This document shows positions 1 through 11,469 of a stretch of DNA of 64,000 bases, one piece after another. The translations under genes and the position numbers were made by a program. Positions within the stretch are counted from its first letter, which is position 1. Every line of letters starts with the position of its first letter. The notes under the pieces were generated by a model. That model was not told the origin of the DNA and did not search any database. It saw only the letters and a program-made list of their open reading frames with translations. This DNA is from Octopus sinensis (taxonomy: Eukaryota). The stretch covers positions 17,174,001-17,238,000 of the forward strand of contig NC_043001.1 in NCBI RefSeq assembly GCF_006345805.1, written 5' to 3'.

Positions 1-442
1 TCAAGTCTTTCGGAATTATATAAAAATGATATGAATACAAGAAAAATGAAATAGAAGAGCGAACACAAATAATCTTGTCATGTGACTATATGCCTTTAAT
101 AACATTCAAATGTTTTCATCGGGTGGAGATAATTTAAGACGGTAAGTTTTTCCTTCATGTTGATGAAAAGAACATCCGTTTTGCGGTAGAATCATTGTAG
201 ATGTTTTTTATTAGATACTAAATAGAATGTGTACAGAACTTAATGGGGCCCTTTTATTAGTTGTGACATATGCTAGTTCAGGCCCATAAACCAAGAGCAA
301 TTATATTATGCGTGTAACTCTGTGAGGTCAATGAACGCAGCGATTTAGTGTGTAGATTATAGCTGAAAAAAAAAAGACTTCACAAGTGAAAATAAAACTG
401 AAACTAATTCAAATGAAATAAGCCAAAATGGAATCAAATAAA

Positions 443-453
443 AAGTAAAACAA

Positions 454-486
<33 letters not shown>

Positions 487-575
487 CGTGTGTGTAAATA
501 TATATATATATATATGTATATACATACATATATATACATATATCTATATACATATATGCATATATATATACCTAC

Positions 576-614
<39 letters not shown>

Positions 615-686
615 CATACATATATATATATATGCATACATATATATATATATATATATATACATACATATATATATATATACATA

Positions 687-759
<73 letters not shown>

Positions 760-780
760 TATAAATACATGCATACATAT
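443..780. repeat. Compound (TG)n/(TA)n microsatellite
   Basis: Direct reading; it generates the YI/CV-rich ORFs at 357-843. Confidence 0.97.
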
Positions 781-797
781 GTATGTCATTATTCAGT

Positions 798-895
798 TTT
801 ATTTCAAGATTTCTTGCCAATAAAGAGTCGGTTTCTGACATAGATTCAAGGCTCCTTCATTGGAATTTTAATATCAACAACAGGGTATTTTTGTA
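798..895 (-). repeat. Dispersed repeat fragment, possibly a Penelope-like terminal repeat
   Basis: Reverse complement of a similar segment at about 37730-37825 (AAAATACCCT...GAAATTCCAATGAAGGAGCC...AGAAACCG). Confidence 0.6.
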
Positions 896-1022
896 TGTAT
901 GTATATGTATGTATCTTTGTTTGCATGTATGTATGTATGTATGTATGTATGTATGTATGTATGTATGTATGTATGTATGTATGTATGTATGTATGTATGT
1001 ATGTATATGTGTGTGTATGTAC
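893..1022. repeat. (ATGT)n microsatellite
   Basis: Direct reading. Confidence 0.97.
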
Positions 1023-1321
1023 GTATATCTTGTAGAATAAAATATAACAATGTACTAAAAGGGGAATAAAATAAAAAGGCTATTAGAATTACAAAGTTAC
1101 AAAAATTAGAAAAAACTTTTAGTATTTTTCATGAATTAGTACCGCAAAAATTTCAGTAAGAACACAAAAAAAAGCTAAGTTTCACGCCAAATTTCGTATT
1201 ACAATTAGCCAATATTTATGCTAGGAACTTACTATATTACCAGCAACAAGTTCTCTCTTCACATGTACATGCACCAATCCCACAAGATGCCTTAGGCTTA
1301 ATGATTCAAATGATTCAATGA

Positions 1322-1453
1322 TTCAAAGTCTCCCTTGACCTCAAGTGGCCTGAACTCTTTACATGAACACTACCCTGTACTTAACTCCATGTCCCCCTTT
1401 ATGGCCTTGCTTTTTGCTTTTGAGCCAGAAAATTAACTAACTAGCTAACTAAC
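1322..1453 (+). mobile_element. 3' end fragment of a CR1-like LINE with (TAAC)n tail
   Basis: Nearly identical to 62820-62941, which follows a CR1-type RT C-terminal ORF. Confidence 0.85.
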
Positions 1454-1544
1454 ATTTCCTCTCAAAATTTGCCGTGTATTGTGCCAATGTTTTCACCGAT
1501 AAGAACCATACACCAAAGAGTTAAGTGAGATTAATATGTAGCAA

Positions 1545-1699
1545 CGGGCTTCTTTCAGTTTCCGTCTACCAAATTCACCCACAAGGCTTTGGTTGGCCTG
1601 AGGCAATAGTAGAAGACACTTGCCCAAGGTGCCACGCAGTAGGACTGAACCCGGAACCATGTGGTCGGTTAGCAAGCTAGTTACCACACAGCCACTCCT
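1545..1699 (-). mobile_element. SINE-B 5' half (tRNA-derived head)
   Basis: Reverse complement of GGAGTGGCTGTGTGGTAA...GGTTCAGTCC...GAAAGAAGCCCG seen in the full copy at 55832. Confidence 0.9.
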
Positions 1700-2325
1700 A
1701 TATATATAGCTTACAGTCCCGCGAAGGTAAGATCGGCAAAAAAAGTACTTCATCTGGTGAGAGACAAGTATTGTGTAATAAACACAACATTTATTTTTAT
1801 GATCTGCTAACAGTTTCTTGCTAAAACAGGACGATCTGTTTTAGCTTGTATATGCCATATGAACAAAGCCAGAAGATTGCATGAAGGCACCAGCCATGTT
1901 ATAAGAATGCTGTCTGAATCGTTTTCCTTGAATCAAACTATTAATCTATAATATAAATTGGACATGGGCGATCGTTGTACTCTTTCTTGTCTTGAGGTTC
2001 ACAGCCAAACGGCTGGGTGGTTTCGCATGAAAAATGGCTCACATGTGCAGACGGGTGCATGGATTGGAATACAGTTTGTATTTTTTCGTAACCTTCATAC
2101 TTACCGAGAAAATCGATTAAAACCTTTTCTAATGGAATTTCCCTCTTTCTTCTGCCATTAAAACAACCAGTTGCTTAGGAACTGTTTTCTGACGAGGTGG
2201 GGTCAGGAAATTTTCATATAGCTGGAGGCTCTAATCGAAACAGGGGACCCGAAATGTTACGGTTAACAAAATTGTTATAGATTATGCCTAACCGAAAACG
2301 ATCACAGCCACATCATCCAAAGAGA

Positions 2326-2750
2326 CCGGGTGAAACCGGGCTTAGCTGCTGTGGAAGCACTCCGTCGGTTACGACGACGAGGGTTCCGGTTGATCCGAAT
2401 CAACGGAACAGCCTGCTCGTGAAATTAACGTGTAAGTGGCTGAGCACTCCACAGACACGTGTACCCTTAACTTAGTTCTCAGGGATATTCAGCGTGACAC
2501 AGAGAGTGACAAGGCCGGCCCTTTGAAATACAAGTACAACAGAAACAGGAAGTAAGAGTGAGAGAAAGTTGTGGTGAAAGAGTACAGCAGGGATCACCAC
2601 CATCCCCTGCCGGAGCCTCATGGAGCTTTAGGTGTTTTCGCTCAATAAACACTCACAACGCCCGGTCTGCGAATCGAAACCGCGATCCTATGACTGCGAG
2701 TCCACTGCCCTAACCACTGGGCCATTGCGCCTCCGCGCTTAGATGCTAGT
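2326..2750 (+). mobile_element. Helitron-like 3' terminus interrupted by a SINE-A insertion
   Basis: CCGG-GTGAAA-CCGG hairpin at 2326-2339; removing the SINE and one TSD copy places CTAG|T (2746-2750) shortly after the hairpin. Confidence 0.45.
2352..2734 (-). mobile_element. SINE-A, tail type 1
   Basis: Head GGAGGCGCAATGGCCCAGTGGTTAGGGCAG with A/B boxes; TSD GCTTAG(C/A)TGCT at 2340-2350 and 2737-2747. Confidence 0.92.
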
Positions 2751-2781
2751 AACTCATAAAAATATACTGTTTATAAAACTA

Positions 2782-2817
<36 letters not shown>

Positions 2818-3483
2818 TGTGTCTGTTATTTTTTCATGAAAAATTACATATGTACCTATATATAACTCAATAGTCACCTTTCACTAGCGTGTATGTCTTA
2901 CAAGCATTTATCACCCTCCCACCCACTAATTCCACTAATTGTTCTCCATGAAGTCACGAGCTAAAACAGTGAATAGTCACCCATTTGACAATCCCACCAT
3001 TGACCCAGCGGAATATCCGGGATGTGAAAGCTAGAAGTAGGAGGAAAGAGAAGGGGAAGTGAAGGAAAGAGAGGGAGAGAAAGACAGAGAAAGAGAGTGA
3101 GGAGGAAGAAAAGCGACAACGAGTAGGCGACCTCCACATCAGCTAGGTGGTCACCTTTCAACTGAGTGAAGTGTAGTAATCTAAAATGAGAGAGCCTTGC
3201 TGAAGAACCCAATACACAGGAGTGCGTATGTATTTATATATACATGTATGCATACACACACATGTCTATCTATACAGCAAACATACGCAGACATGTATTT
3301 CTCTATCTTTTGAAAATGTCGCGATAAATTTCACGAATAAATTGTCATTCTGCATAATATGCTGCATTGAGTACGTTATTGAAAGTGGACAATTTTTAGA
3401 TTAGTAGCATAAATAAACATGAACACACACACACACACACAATATTGATACATATACTGATATACACACACACACACACACAC

Positions 3484-3532
<49 letters not shown>

Positions 3533-3549
3533 ATATATATATATCACAA

Positions 3550-3851
3550 TGATCACAATGACCGACCAGGCTATCAGATGTTGCTACACATCGCTGGTCA
3601 CAATGCGCTTCGCATTGTTTTTTGCCTTCAAATGACGCCACCCCGCTGGCTAAGCGAGCAGGCCAACAGAAGAAAGAGTGAGAAAGTTTTGGTGAAAGAG
3701 TACAGCAGGGGTCGCCACCACCCCCTGCCGGAGCATCGTGGAGCTTTAGGTGTTTTCGCTCAATAACCACTCACAACACCCGGTCTGGGAATCGAAACCG
3801 CGATCCTACAACCGCGAGTCCGCTGCCCTAACCTCTGGGCCATTGCGCCTC

Positions 3852-3852
<1 letters not shown>
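3550..3852 (-). mobile_element. SINE-A, tail type 2
   Basis: Same head; tail matches 38923-39216 and 48324-48633. Confidence 0.9.
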
Positions 3853-3891
<39 letters not shown>

Positions 3892-3924
3892 GTGAGAGAG
3901 AGATAGAGAGATAGATAGATAGAG

Positions 3925-4003
<79 letters not shown>
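3853..4003. repeat. (CA)n/(GA)n/(GATA)n microsatellite
   Basis: Direct reading. Confidence 0.97.
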
Positions 4004-4007
<4 letters not shown>

Positions 4008-4634
4008 GCTCGAATTGAGGAACAGATAGACAGCCGACAACGGATGAAGAGTCGTTCTTTATGTTACTTGTCCTGTTTTCCAGAGATTACGTCTTTTATT
4101 TGGTGGCATATTTTTCCCAATATTGTAAAGAAAGAATTATGAACATAGAACAAAATTATACATTAATCCCTCCAATATTGTAAACCAAAAATTATGAACA
4201 TAGGAAGAAATTATACATTAATCCCTATTTTTGTAAGCAGTTGTATCCGTAAAAATTTTATTTCAAAAGAGAAGAAATTGAAAGAAGATAAGAGAAAAGA
4301 ACAGACAAAGAAAGTGAAAGATGTACGTACGTCTATATGAAATGGACATGTGTGTGTATGTATGCATACGTGTGTGCGTGCGTGCTTGCGCGTGTGTATG
4401 TGAGAGAGAAAGAGAGTGAGAAAGAGAGATAGAGTGAGGGATTTAAGGTGTGTGTCGTGATGATTGACGGGTTTTATGGTACACACACATATAGAAAATG
4501 TGACGTAATAGTATAAAATTTTTACGATAGTTGATTTATGGAAAAGATTATGTCAAACTTTTGAAATGCAAATATGTGAATGAAAATTTAGTTTAATTTG
4601 TAGCAAAAATAGTATATTAAGATATACATACATA

Positions 4635-4712
4635 ATATATATATATATCCGAAATTGCTAATCTTCAGTCAGGAACCGGATCATCTTAGCAATTTCGGAT
4701 ATATATATATAT
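4635..4712. repeat. Perfect short inverted repeat (27-bp arms, 24-bp spacer)
   Basis: ATATATATATATATCCGAAATTGCTAA ... TTAGCAATTTCGGATATATATATATAT. Confidence 0.9.
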
Positions 4713-4724
4713 TATGTATGTATA

Positions 4725-4865
4725 TCTTAATATATAAAATCCGTTCCGTCTGTCTGTTTGTGCGCTTATAACTCGAGTATTGTTCATCCGATCGCACTCA
4801 AATTTTAAACATGGATACATGAGAGACCTGGTCGTTCTGTGATCTAAAAAGATTTCCAAAATCGT
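4725..4865 (+). mobile_element. Non-autonomous Helitron/DINE-like 5' fragment
   Basis: A|TCTTAATATATAAAA start followed by CTGTCTGTTTGT and a CCGATCGCACTCAAAATTTT core, as in 49918-50298 and 58580. Confidence 0.55.
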
Positions 4866-4869
4866 TAGT

Positions 4870-5435
4870 TTCAAGCTCAATCACAACCGAGAAAGGAACT
4901 TCATGGGAAAAAGTTTCTTCTCTCAATCTGGTGGGAATTGTTTGCACCTAATGCAACAACCAATGCTCAAGTCTACTGTCAGCAATTAGAGCGTTTGAAC
5001 CAAATTTTGAAGAAAAAAAGAACCGCTTTAGTGAATCGAAAAGGAATGACGTTTCATCAGGACAATGCGCGACCCCACACTGCAAAGATCACATCACAGA
5101 AGATCGAAGAACTTGGTTGGGAAAAAAATTCCTCATCCACCTTATTCTCTCGACCTTGCTCCTTCAGACTACCATTTGTTTCGTAGTTTACAGACTCATT
5201 TGGGGGAAATAACTTTCGCAGGCCAAGAGGAGGTCGAAACTGACATTTCAGAGTTCTTCGCTTTGAAACCCAAAGAGTTTTACATTGATGGGATTAAAAA
5301 GCTTGTAAATAGATGGAAGGAAGTCATAGATAATCAGGGCAAGTACATTGGTGATTAAATTTCAATTAGATATAACATTTGATCACTTGTTTTCTTTATT
5401 CAAAATTCCGACAGAACTTACAGGATGACTTGATA
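4870..5435 (+). pseudogene. Mariner transposase, frameshifted C-terminal half plus right end
   Basis: HQDNARPH (ORF 4938) and HPPYSLDLAPSDYHLFRSL (ORF 5065) in different frames; the element ends at TA. Confidence 0.93.
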
Positions 5436-5490
5436 TATATACACACACACACATGCACACACACATACACACACACATACAAACACACAC

Positions 5491-5543
<53 letters not shown>

Positions 5544-5607
5544 CACGTATATATTGTTAGCACAAACTTCGAAGTGATTGTCATGACTATTCCTATCTAT
5601 CTATCTA

Positions 5608-5647
<40 letters not shown>

Positions 5648-5735
5648 GCTTTTTCTCAACCGTCGTCATGCTTGGAGTACCATCATATATATATATATAT
5701 ATATAAAAATGTATGTATGTATATGCATGTAAGGC

Positions 5736-5767
<32 letters not shown>

Positions 5768-6380
5768 CCTATGATAGATTTATAGATAGATAATTTCCGC
5801 TTAGATGCGCTTGACTACTTCTGTGAAGAAATCAGAAGCATGATAACACACTCCAATTAGCAAAAACGGTCACGTATCTGATTTCAATTATTTGTATGTA
5901 TACGTGCGCGCGCGTAAACGTGTCTGTGTGTGCGTAAATTTTACGCGTTTTTCGTCCCCCTTCTTGTTTACAACTTGGGGTGAAAAATAATTTAAGAAAA
6001 CAATAGGAGAAATATAACCTTGCTATTTTTGCTCGTTGTTGGATCAAATATAAGACAAACGTGTAATAATTTCCATCGATTAAGAATTAAGAATTAGAAA
6101 GAACAATTGTTGGTTTCATATTTTGTTACCTTTTTTCAGATTAAAAATCCAAAGCTACAACTGGTCGCAGTAATTTATATTTTTACAAAAATATCTTAAA
6201 ATAAAAGAAAATCAACGGAAAAGCTTGTGAAAATATATATGCCCAGATTTTATAATCTGCCCATCTCTACATATATGTAGTTATTATTGAAATTCATGAC
6301 TGTTCATGCATATACTAGGAGCCAGCACCTTCACCTGTATAAAACATTGTATGTGCTTAGATTCCTTATATTATTTTCTA

Positions 6381-6990
6381 CTCTAGGCACAAGGCCCGAA
6401 ATTTTGGGGGTGGGGCCAGTTGATTAGACTGATCCCAGTGTGTAACTGGTACTTAATTTATCGACCCCGAAAGGATGAAAGGCAAAGTTGACCTCGGCGG
6501 AATTTGAACTCAGAACATAACAGCAGACGAAACACTGCTAAGCATTTCACCCGGCGTGCTAACGTTTCTTATTTCTTTATTGCCCATAAGGGGCTACACA
6601 CAGAGGGGACAAACAAGGACAGACAAAGAGATTAAGTCGAATATATCGACCCCAATGTGTAACTGGTACTTATTTAACGGACTCCAAAACGATGAAAGGC
6701 AAAGTCGATCTCGGTAGAATTTGAACTCAGAATGTAACGGCAGACGAAATGCCTATTTCTTTACTACCCACAAGGGGCTTAACACAGAGAGGACAAACAA
6801 GGACAGACAAACGGATTAAGTCGATTATATCGATCCCGGTGCGTAACTGGTACTTATTTAATCGACCCCGAAAGGATGAAAGGCAAAGTCGACCTCGGCG
6901 GAATTTGAACCCAGAACGTAACGGCAGACGAAATACGGCTACGCATTTCGCCCGGCGTGCTAACGTTTCTGCCAGCTCGCCGCCTTTGTT
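6381..6990 (-). mobile_element. SINE-C head-to-tail trimer
   Basis: Units 6754-6937 and 6570-6753 (184 bp each) plus an alternative-tail unit; core GAGGTCGACTTTGCCTTTCATCCTTTCGGGGTCGAT. Confidence 0.9.
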
Positions 6991-7711
6991 TATACATCTA
7001 CTGTTTATTCAATAATCATTCTACATGAGCATATGGCTTGCTTTTTTTTTTATCCTGTTCTTGGGTTCTAGGACGCATAAGACCGGTTGTTTGGTTTCCA
7101 CAGTGTATCAGTGGCTAAGATCACATTTCCTGGGACGGGCTGTCCCTCTATTACAAGGTTCAACGCCAGCACTTTTGAATGGAGAGGGACAAGTCGATTA
7201 CATCGACCTCAGTACATTACTGCTACTTTACTTCTTCAACTCCGAGGTGAATAATGGCAAAGTTGACCTTGGCGGGATTTGAACAGCGAACATAGAGACG
7301 GAAAAAATGCCAGTAAGTATTTCGTCCTGCATGTTAACCTTTCTGCCAGCCCACCACCCAATGGCATGCTTCAGTTTTCTTTATTTATACAGGAAACCCA
7401 AAATAAGACGTTTTTCCTACGGTATTTTACTTCAGTTTCCGATATTTTATTTTCGTCCATTAAGCAGCTTTTGTATTCAGCGCATTTTTTATCACACAGT
7501 TTCCTATAAAATGATATCACGTGTATTTCACAACACTCTTCCACTGTCCAAACTTCTCACTAACAAATTGGAGCTTACATAACACATACATTTGCAGGTT
7601 GACACATAATCTTGTAATAATTCAGATTTCTGAGAGGCGCAATTTCATCCGCTATGTTTATTCTGACATTGATTCTAATGCAGGTATATATATACACACT
7701 TAAATACATAT

Positions 7712-8124
7712 AAGGGCAGTGAACTGGCAGAAACGTTAGCACGCCGGGCGAAATGCTTAGCGGTATTTCGTCTGCCGCTACGTTCTGAATTCAAATTCCG
7801 CCGGAAGTCGACTTTGCCTTTGATCCTTTCGGGGTCGATTAAATAAGTACCAGTTACGCACTGGGGTTTATATAATCGACTTAATCCGTTTGTCTGTCCT
7901 TGTTTGTCCTCTCTGTGTTTAGCCCATTGAGGGTAGTAAAGAAATAGGTATTTCGTCTGCCGCTACGTTCTGAGTTTAAATTCCGCTGAGGTCGACTTTG
8001 CTTTTCATCATTTCGGGGTCGATTAAATATGTACCAGTTACACACGGGTCGATATAATCGACTTAATCCGTTTGTCCTTGTTTGTCCCCTCTGTGTGTAG
8101 CCCCTTGTGGGCAGTAAAAAAATA
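7712..8124 (+). mobile_element. SINE-C dimer
   Basis: Head, unit 7762-7946, junction GAAATA|GGTATTTC, then second unit 7947-8124. Confidence 0.9.
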
Positions 8125-8193
8125 AGAAATAAGAAACATATATATGTGTACATGTATATAAGTCTGTGTGTGTGTGTGTGTGTGTGTTTATCT

Positions 8194-8516
8194 GTGAAGC
8201 GCGTGGCTTAGTGATTAGGGTATTCGGCTCAAGTTCCTAAGGTCGTGAGTTCAATTCCCGGTGACGCGTTGTGTTCTTGAGCAAGACACTTTATTTCACT
8301 TTGCTCCAGTTCACTCAGTTGGTAAATATGAGTTGTACCTGCATTTCAAAGGGGCAGCCTCGTCACACTCTATGTCACGCTGAATCTCCCCGAGGACTAC
8401 GTTAAGGGTACGCGTGTCTGTGGAGTGCTCATCCACTTGCACGTTAATTTCACGAGCAGGCTGTTCCATCGATCAGATCGACTGGAACATTTGCCATCGT
8501 AACAAACGAAGTACCA
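8194..8516 (+). mobile_element. SINE-E: different tRNA-like head sharing the SINE-A type 1 tail
   Basis: Head GTGAAGCGCGTGGCTTAGTG...GAGTTCAATTCCC, then GTCACGCTGAATCTCCCCGAG...GAGCAGGCTGTTCC as in SINE-A1. Confidence 0.8.
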
Positions 8517-8522
8517 GTAGTA

Positions 8523-8558
<36 letters not shown>

Positions 8559-8713
8559 AATAGGTGAATGAATTATCCTATGTTTATCGTCAGCATGGAA
8601 AATTCGTTGAACCGAAACCAGGGTAGCAAATTCACGTCAGAAACACGGTTGAAGCGACCTGTCCAAGGGTAGAAACTCCGGGTTCATGTGCAGAAATTTG
8701 TGTGTTGTATATG

Positions 8714-8918
8714 AATAAATGAAAAAATGGAGTCGAACGAAGATGTTAACAAAATTCCTTTACTCTCGACATATGTTTCGAAGACAACATGGTTTCATTC
8801 CAAAGGAATAAAGGGTGCATTATGCAATCTTCTCATCAGGAAAGAAAGGGAGCCTCTCTCGACAACAAGTAAAGGAATTTTGTTAACATCTTCGTTCGAC
8901 TCCATTCTTTCATTTATT
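8714..8918. repeat. Inverted repeat (51-bp arms) around a hammerhead ribozyme
   Basis: 8714-8764 versus 8868-8918, near-perfect. Confidence 0.92.
8757..8850 (-). ncRNA. Minimal type I hammerhead ribozyme, Penelope-like element type
   Basis: Minus strand: CTTTC-CTGATGA-GAAGA-(43 nt)-TCTTC-GAAAC-ATAT-GTC-GAGAG. Core intact, stem II 5 bp with closing G-C, palindromic stem III ACATATGT, stem I 5 bp (one G.U) plus extension. Predicted cut between 8768 and 8767. Confidence 0.88.
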
Positions 8919-9215
8919 TATATATATATATATGACGGAGCCTGGAGAAACACCCAAGTACCTCAATTTCATCTACAGCTGTAAGATATTTTCCCAGTTT
9001 ATATACCTGTATGTTATATCTTAATAACTACTGGTATCTTTATATATTTTATATGTAAACCATAATATGTTATGCATGTATGTGTATTCTTGTAATTGTC
9101 AGTTTAGTAAATAAATAAAAAAGTTAATGAACCACCTATTGATCACCTCCATTTTCTTTTTGCTATATATATACACTCGTATATACGCACAAACACGCAT
9201 CACTATCGGCTTGAC

Positions 9216-9730
9216 CAGAAGGTCACCAAACTTTTTTCACGGCAGGCCAGATAACTGAGAGAATGGCGAACGCGGGCCGCATAACCATTTTGTTCAATAA
9301 AATTCAGTGAATACACAAAAAATAAAGACAACCACCATATTTATTTAGCAAAAAAGTTATCAAAGAAGGAGACGTTAGCAATAAGATTGTTATATCACAC
9401 CCAGTGCACACATATCCGAATCTCACAAACTAAACACCGAAAAAGGTTAGTGAGATTTGTGAAATTGGTGTTTAGCTTTTAAGACATCATCAATATTTGC
9501 TTTGGAATTACTGCATCCAACCAAAAGAATTGCTTTCAAATGTTCATCAGTCAACCTCGTTCGATGTGCTGACTTCACATTCTTCATCTTTGAAGATGTT
9601 TGCTCACAGGCATAAGTTGTTCCAAACACTGATGCCATACCAGAGGTAAGATACTGTGCGACGGCGGACCGGATGACCTGACCCCACGGTCCGGATCTGG
9701 CCCGCGAGCCGAAGTTTGGTGAGCCCCCTG
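9216..9730 (-). mobile_element. Internally deleted hAT (Charlie/SPIN-like) transposon
   Basis: TIRs CAGAAGGTCACCAAACTT / AAGTTTGGTGAGCCCCCTG; ORF carries the hAT C-terminus SVFGTTYACEQ..SKMKNVKS..RTRLTDEHL; degenerate 8-bp TSD GGCTTGAC / CGCTAGAA. Confidence 0.88.
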
Positions 9731-9829
9731 CGCTAGAAAACCTAATGTTATACTCCACTGGTTACAATGCGCTTCTTCACATTGTTCTAGCTTTCTAATG
9801 ATGCCACCTCGCATAATAGATCGCTACCT

Positions 9830-10010
9830 ACTAAACCTTTTTCTATTTTCTTTCTGTGTTCCTTTCTGTCGAAGAGCTTAGGCTCGAAACTTGAAAGACT
9901 TTCTCACTTACCGAGCCTTAAACTAATATTAATATATTTGTTTGTTGTTTACACACCCGTTTTTTGTCTTTTGTTTTTTTTGTTGTTTTTTCTTTGTAAA
10001 TTCGCACTGT
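9830..10010 (+). mobile_element. Penelope-like terminal repeat fragment with a decayed hammerhead
   Basis: CTGTCGA-A-GAGC-TTAG-GCTC-GAAAC at 9866-9890. Confidence 0.5.
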
Positions 10011-10014
10011 ATAT

Positions 10015-10016
10015 AC

Positions 10017-10070
<54 letters not shown>

Positions 10071-10121
10071 GATGGATGGATGGATGGATGGATAGATAGA
10101 TGGATAGATAGATGGATAGAC

Positions 10122-10173
<52 letters not shown>

Positions 10174-10201
10174 GATGGATGGATGGATGGATAGATAGAT
10201 G

Positions 10202-10257
<56 letters not shown>
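10015..10257. repeat. (GATA)n/(GATG)n microsatellite
   Basis: Direct reading. Confidence 0.97.
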
Positions 10258-10260
<3 letters not shown>

Positions 10261-10834
10261 CTTTAGACTAACCATATTTTCGGAACGTTATTGATATTTG
10301 AAGATTACCATCTTTTGTGGCTATCTTTTAATATCAGCCAATTATACCTTAAATTCTATTCACCTTACAAATTTATCCAATCAGATTGAACTTTCAGTCT
10401 TCTTTTTACATTTTTTTAAATATATATTTCCATAATTTTCTCTATACATTATTCATCAGCTTTTGTAGAACCAGCATCCAGGTTCCACACATCTCTAAAT
10501 AAACAGAATTTCTGTAGTTACATGGTTTATGTAAGCGGGTGTTTTTTTTTTTATTTTTCTGTACTTTACTGTTTGTTGTTTGTCTCTAATATCCTTCGTT
10601 ATTCATATTCACAACCAAAAGATACCCCTTTAGAATTCAATGCTTCTGTTTTAAATATTGCAAATTGTGTTAAGGAGCAATAGGTATTTCTAAAACAGCT
10701 TTTAATGATTTGACTATTACGTGTTATGAGAAAAGGTTTCTTTTTGTATAATATTCAAATTCGATTTCTCTTTTTCTTAATGCTTGAGAATATGTTCACT
10801 AAAATTAATGCTAATATTCTTTCACATCAGAAGG

Positions 10835-11445
10835 CCGTTTACCTAGCAGAATCCTGAGAGCGCCGGGAAAAAAGTTAGCGGCATTTTGACGGTCTTTACG
10901 ATCCTAGTTCAAATTCCGGTGAGGTCGACTTTACCTTTCATCCTTTTGGGTTCGATAAAATAAGTACCAGTTGTATAGTAGGGTCAATGTAATTGACGTA
11001 CTCATTACCCCAAAATTTCAGGACTTGTGTCTACATTAGAAAGGAATATCCCTTCTAATAAAGATGCCGAGCTGACAGAATCGATAGCATTCTAGGCAAA
11101 ATGCTTAGCGGTATTTCGTCTGCCGCTACGTTCTGAGTTCAAATTCCGCCGAGGTCGACTATGCCTTTCATCCTTTCGGGATCGATTAAATAAGTGCCAG
11201 TTACGCACTGGGGTCGATATAATCGACTTAATCCGTGTGTCTGTCCTTGTTTGTCGTCTCTGTGTTTAGTCCTTTGTGGGTAGTAAAGAAATAGGTATTA
11301 CGTCCGTCTTGAAGTTCCAAGTTCAAATTCCACTGAGCTTGACTTAGCCTTTCATTCTAAAATAAGTACCAGTTGTATACTAGGGTCCATGTAATCGATT
11401 TATGCTCTCCTTCGAATTTGCAGCCTTGCACCAAAATTTGAAATC
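10835..11445 (+). mobile_element. SINE-C cluster: old copies plus a well-conserved 184-bp unit (11110-11293) nested in an old copy
   Basis: Diverged head and diverged downstream body flank a consensus-like unit ending GAAATA|GGTATT. Confidence 0.8.
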
Positions 11446-11469
11446 AATGAGTGGCTGTCTGGAGGCATA

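Noticed and set aside
100-147. Exon ending at the GTAAGT donor at 142
   Set aside because: All frames from the window start contain stops and no acceptor is visible.
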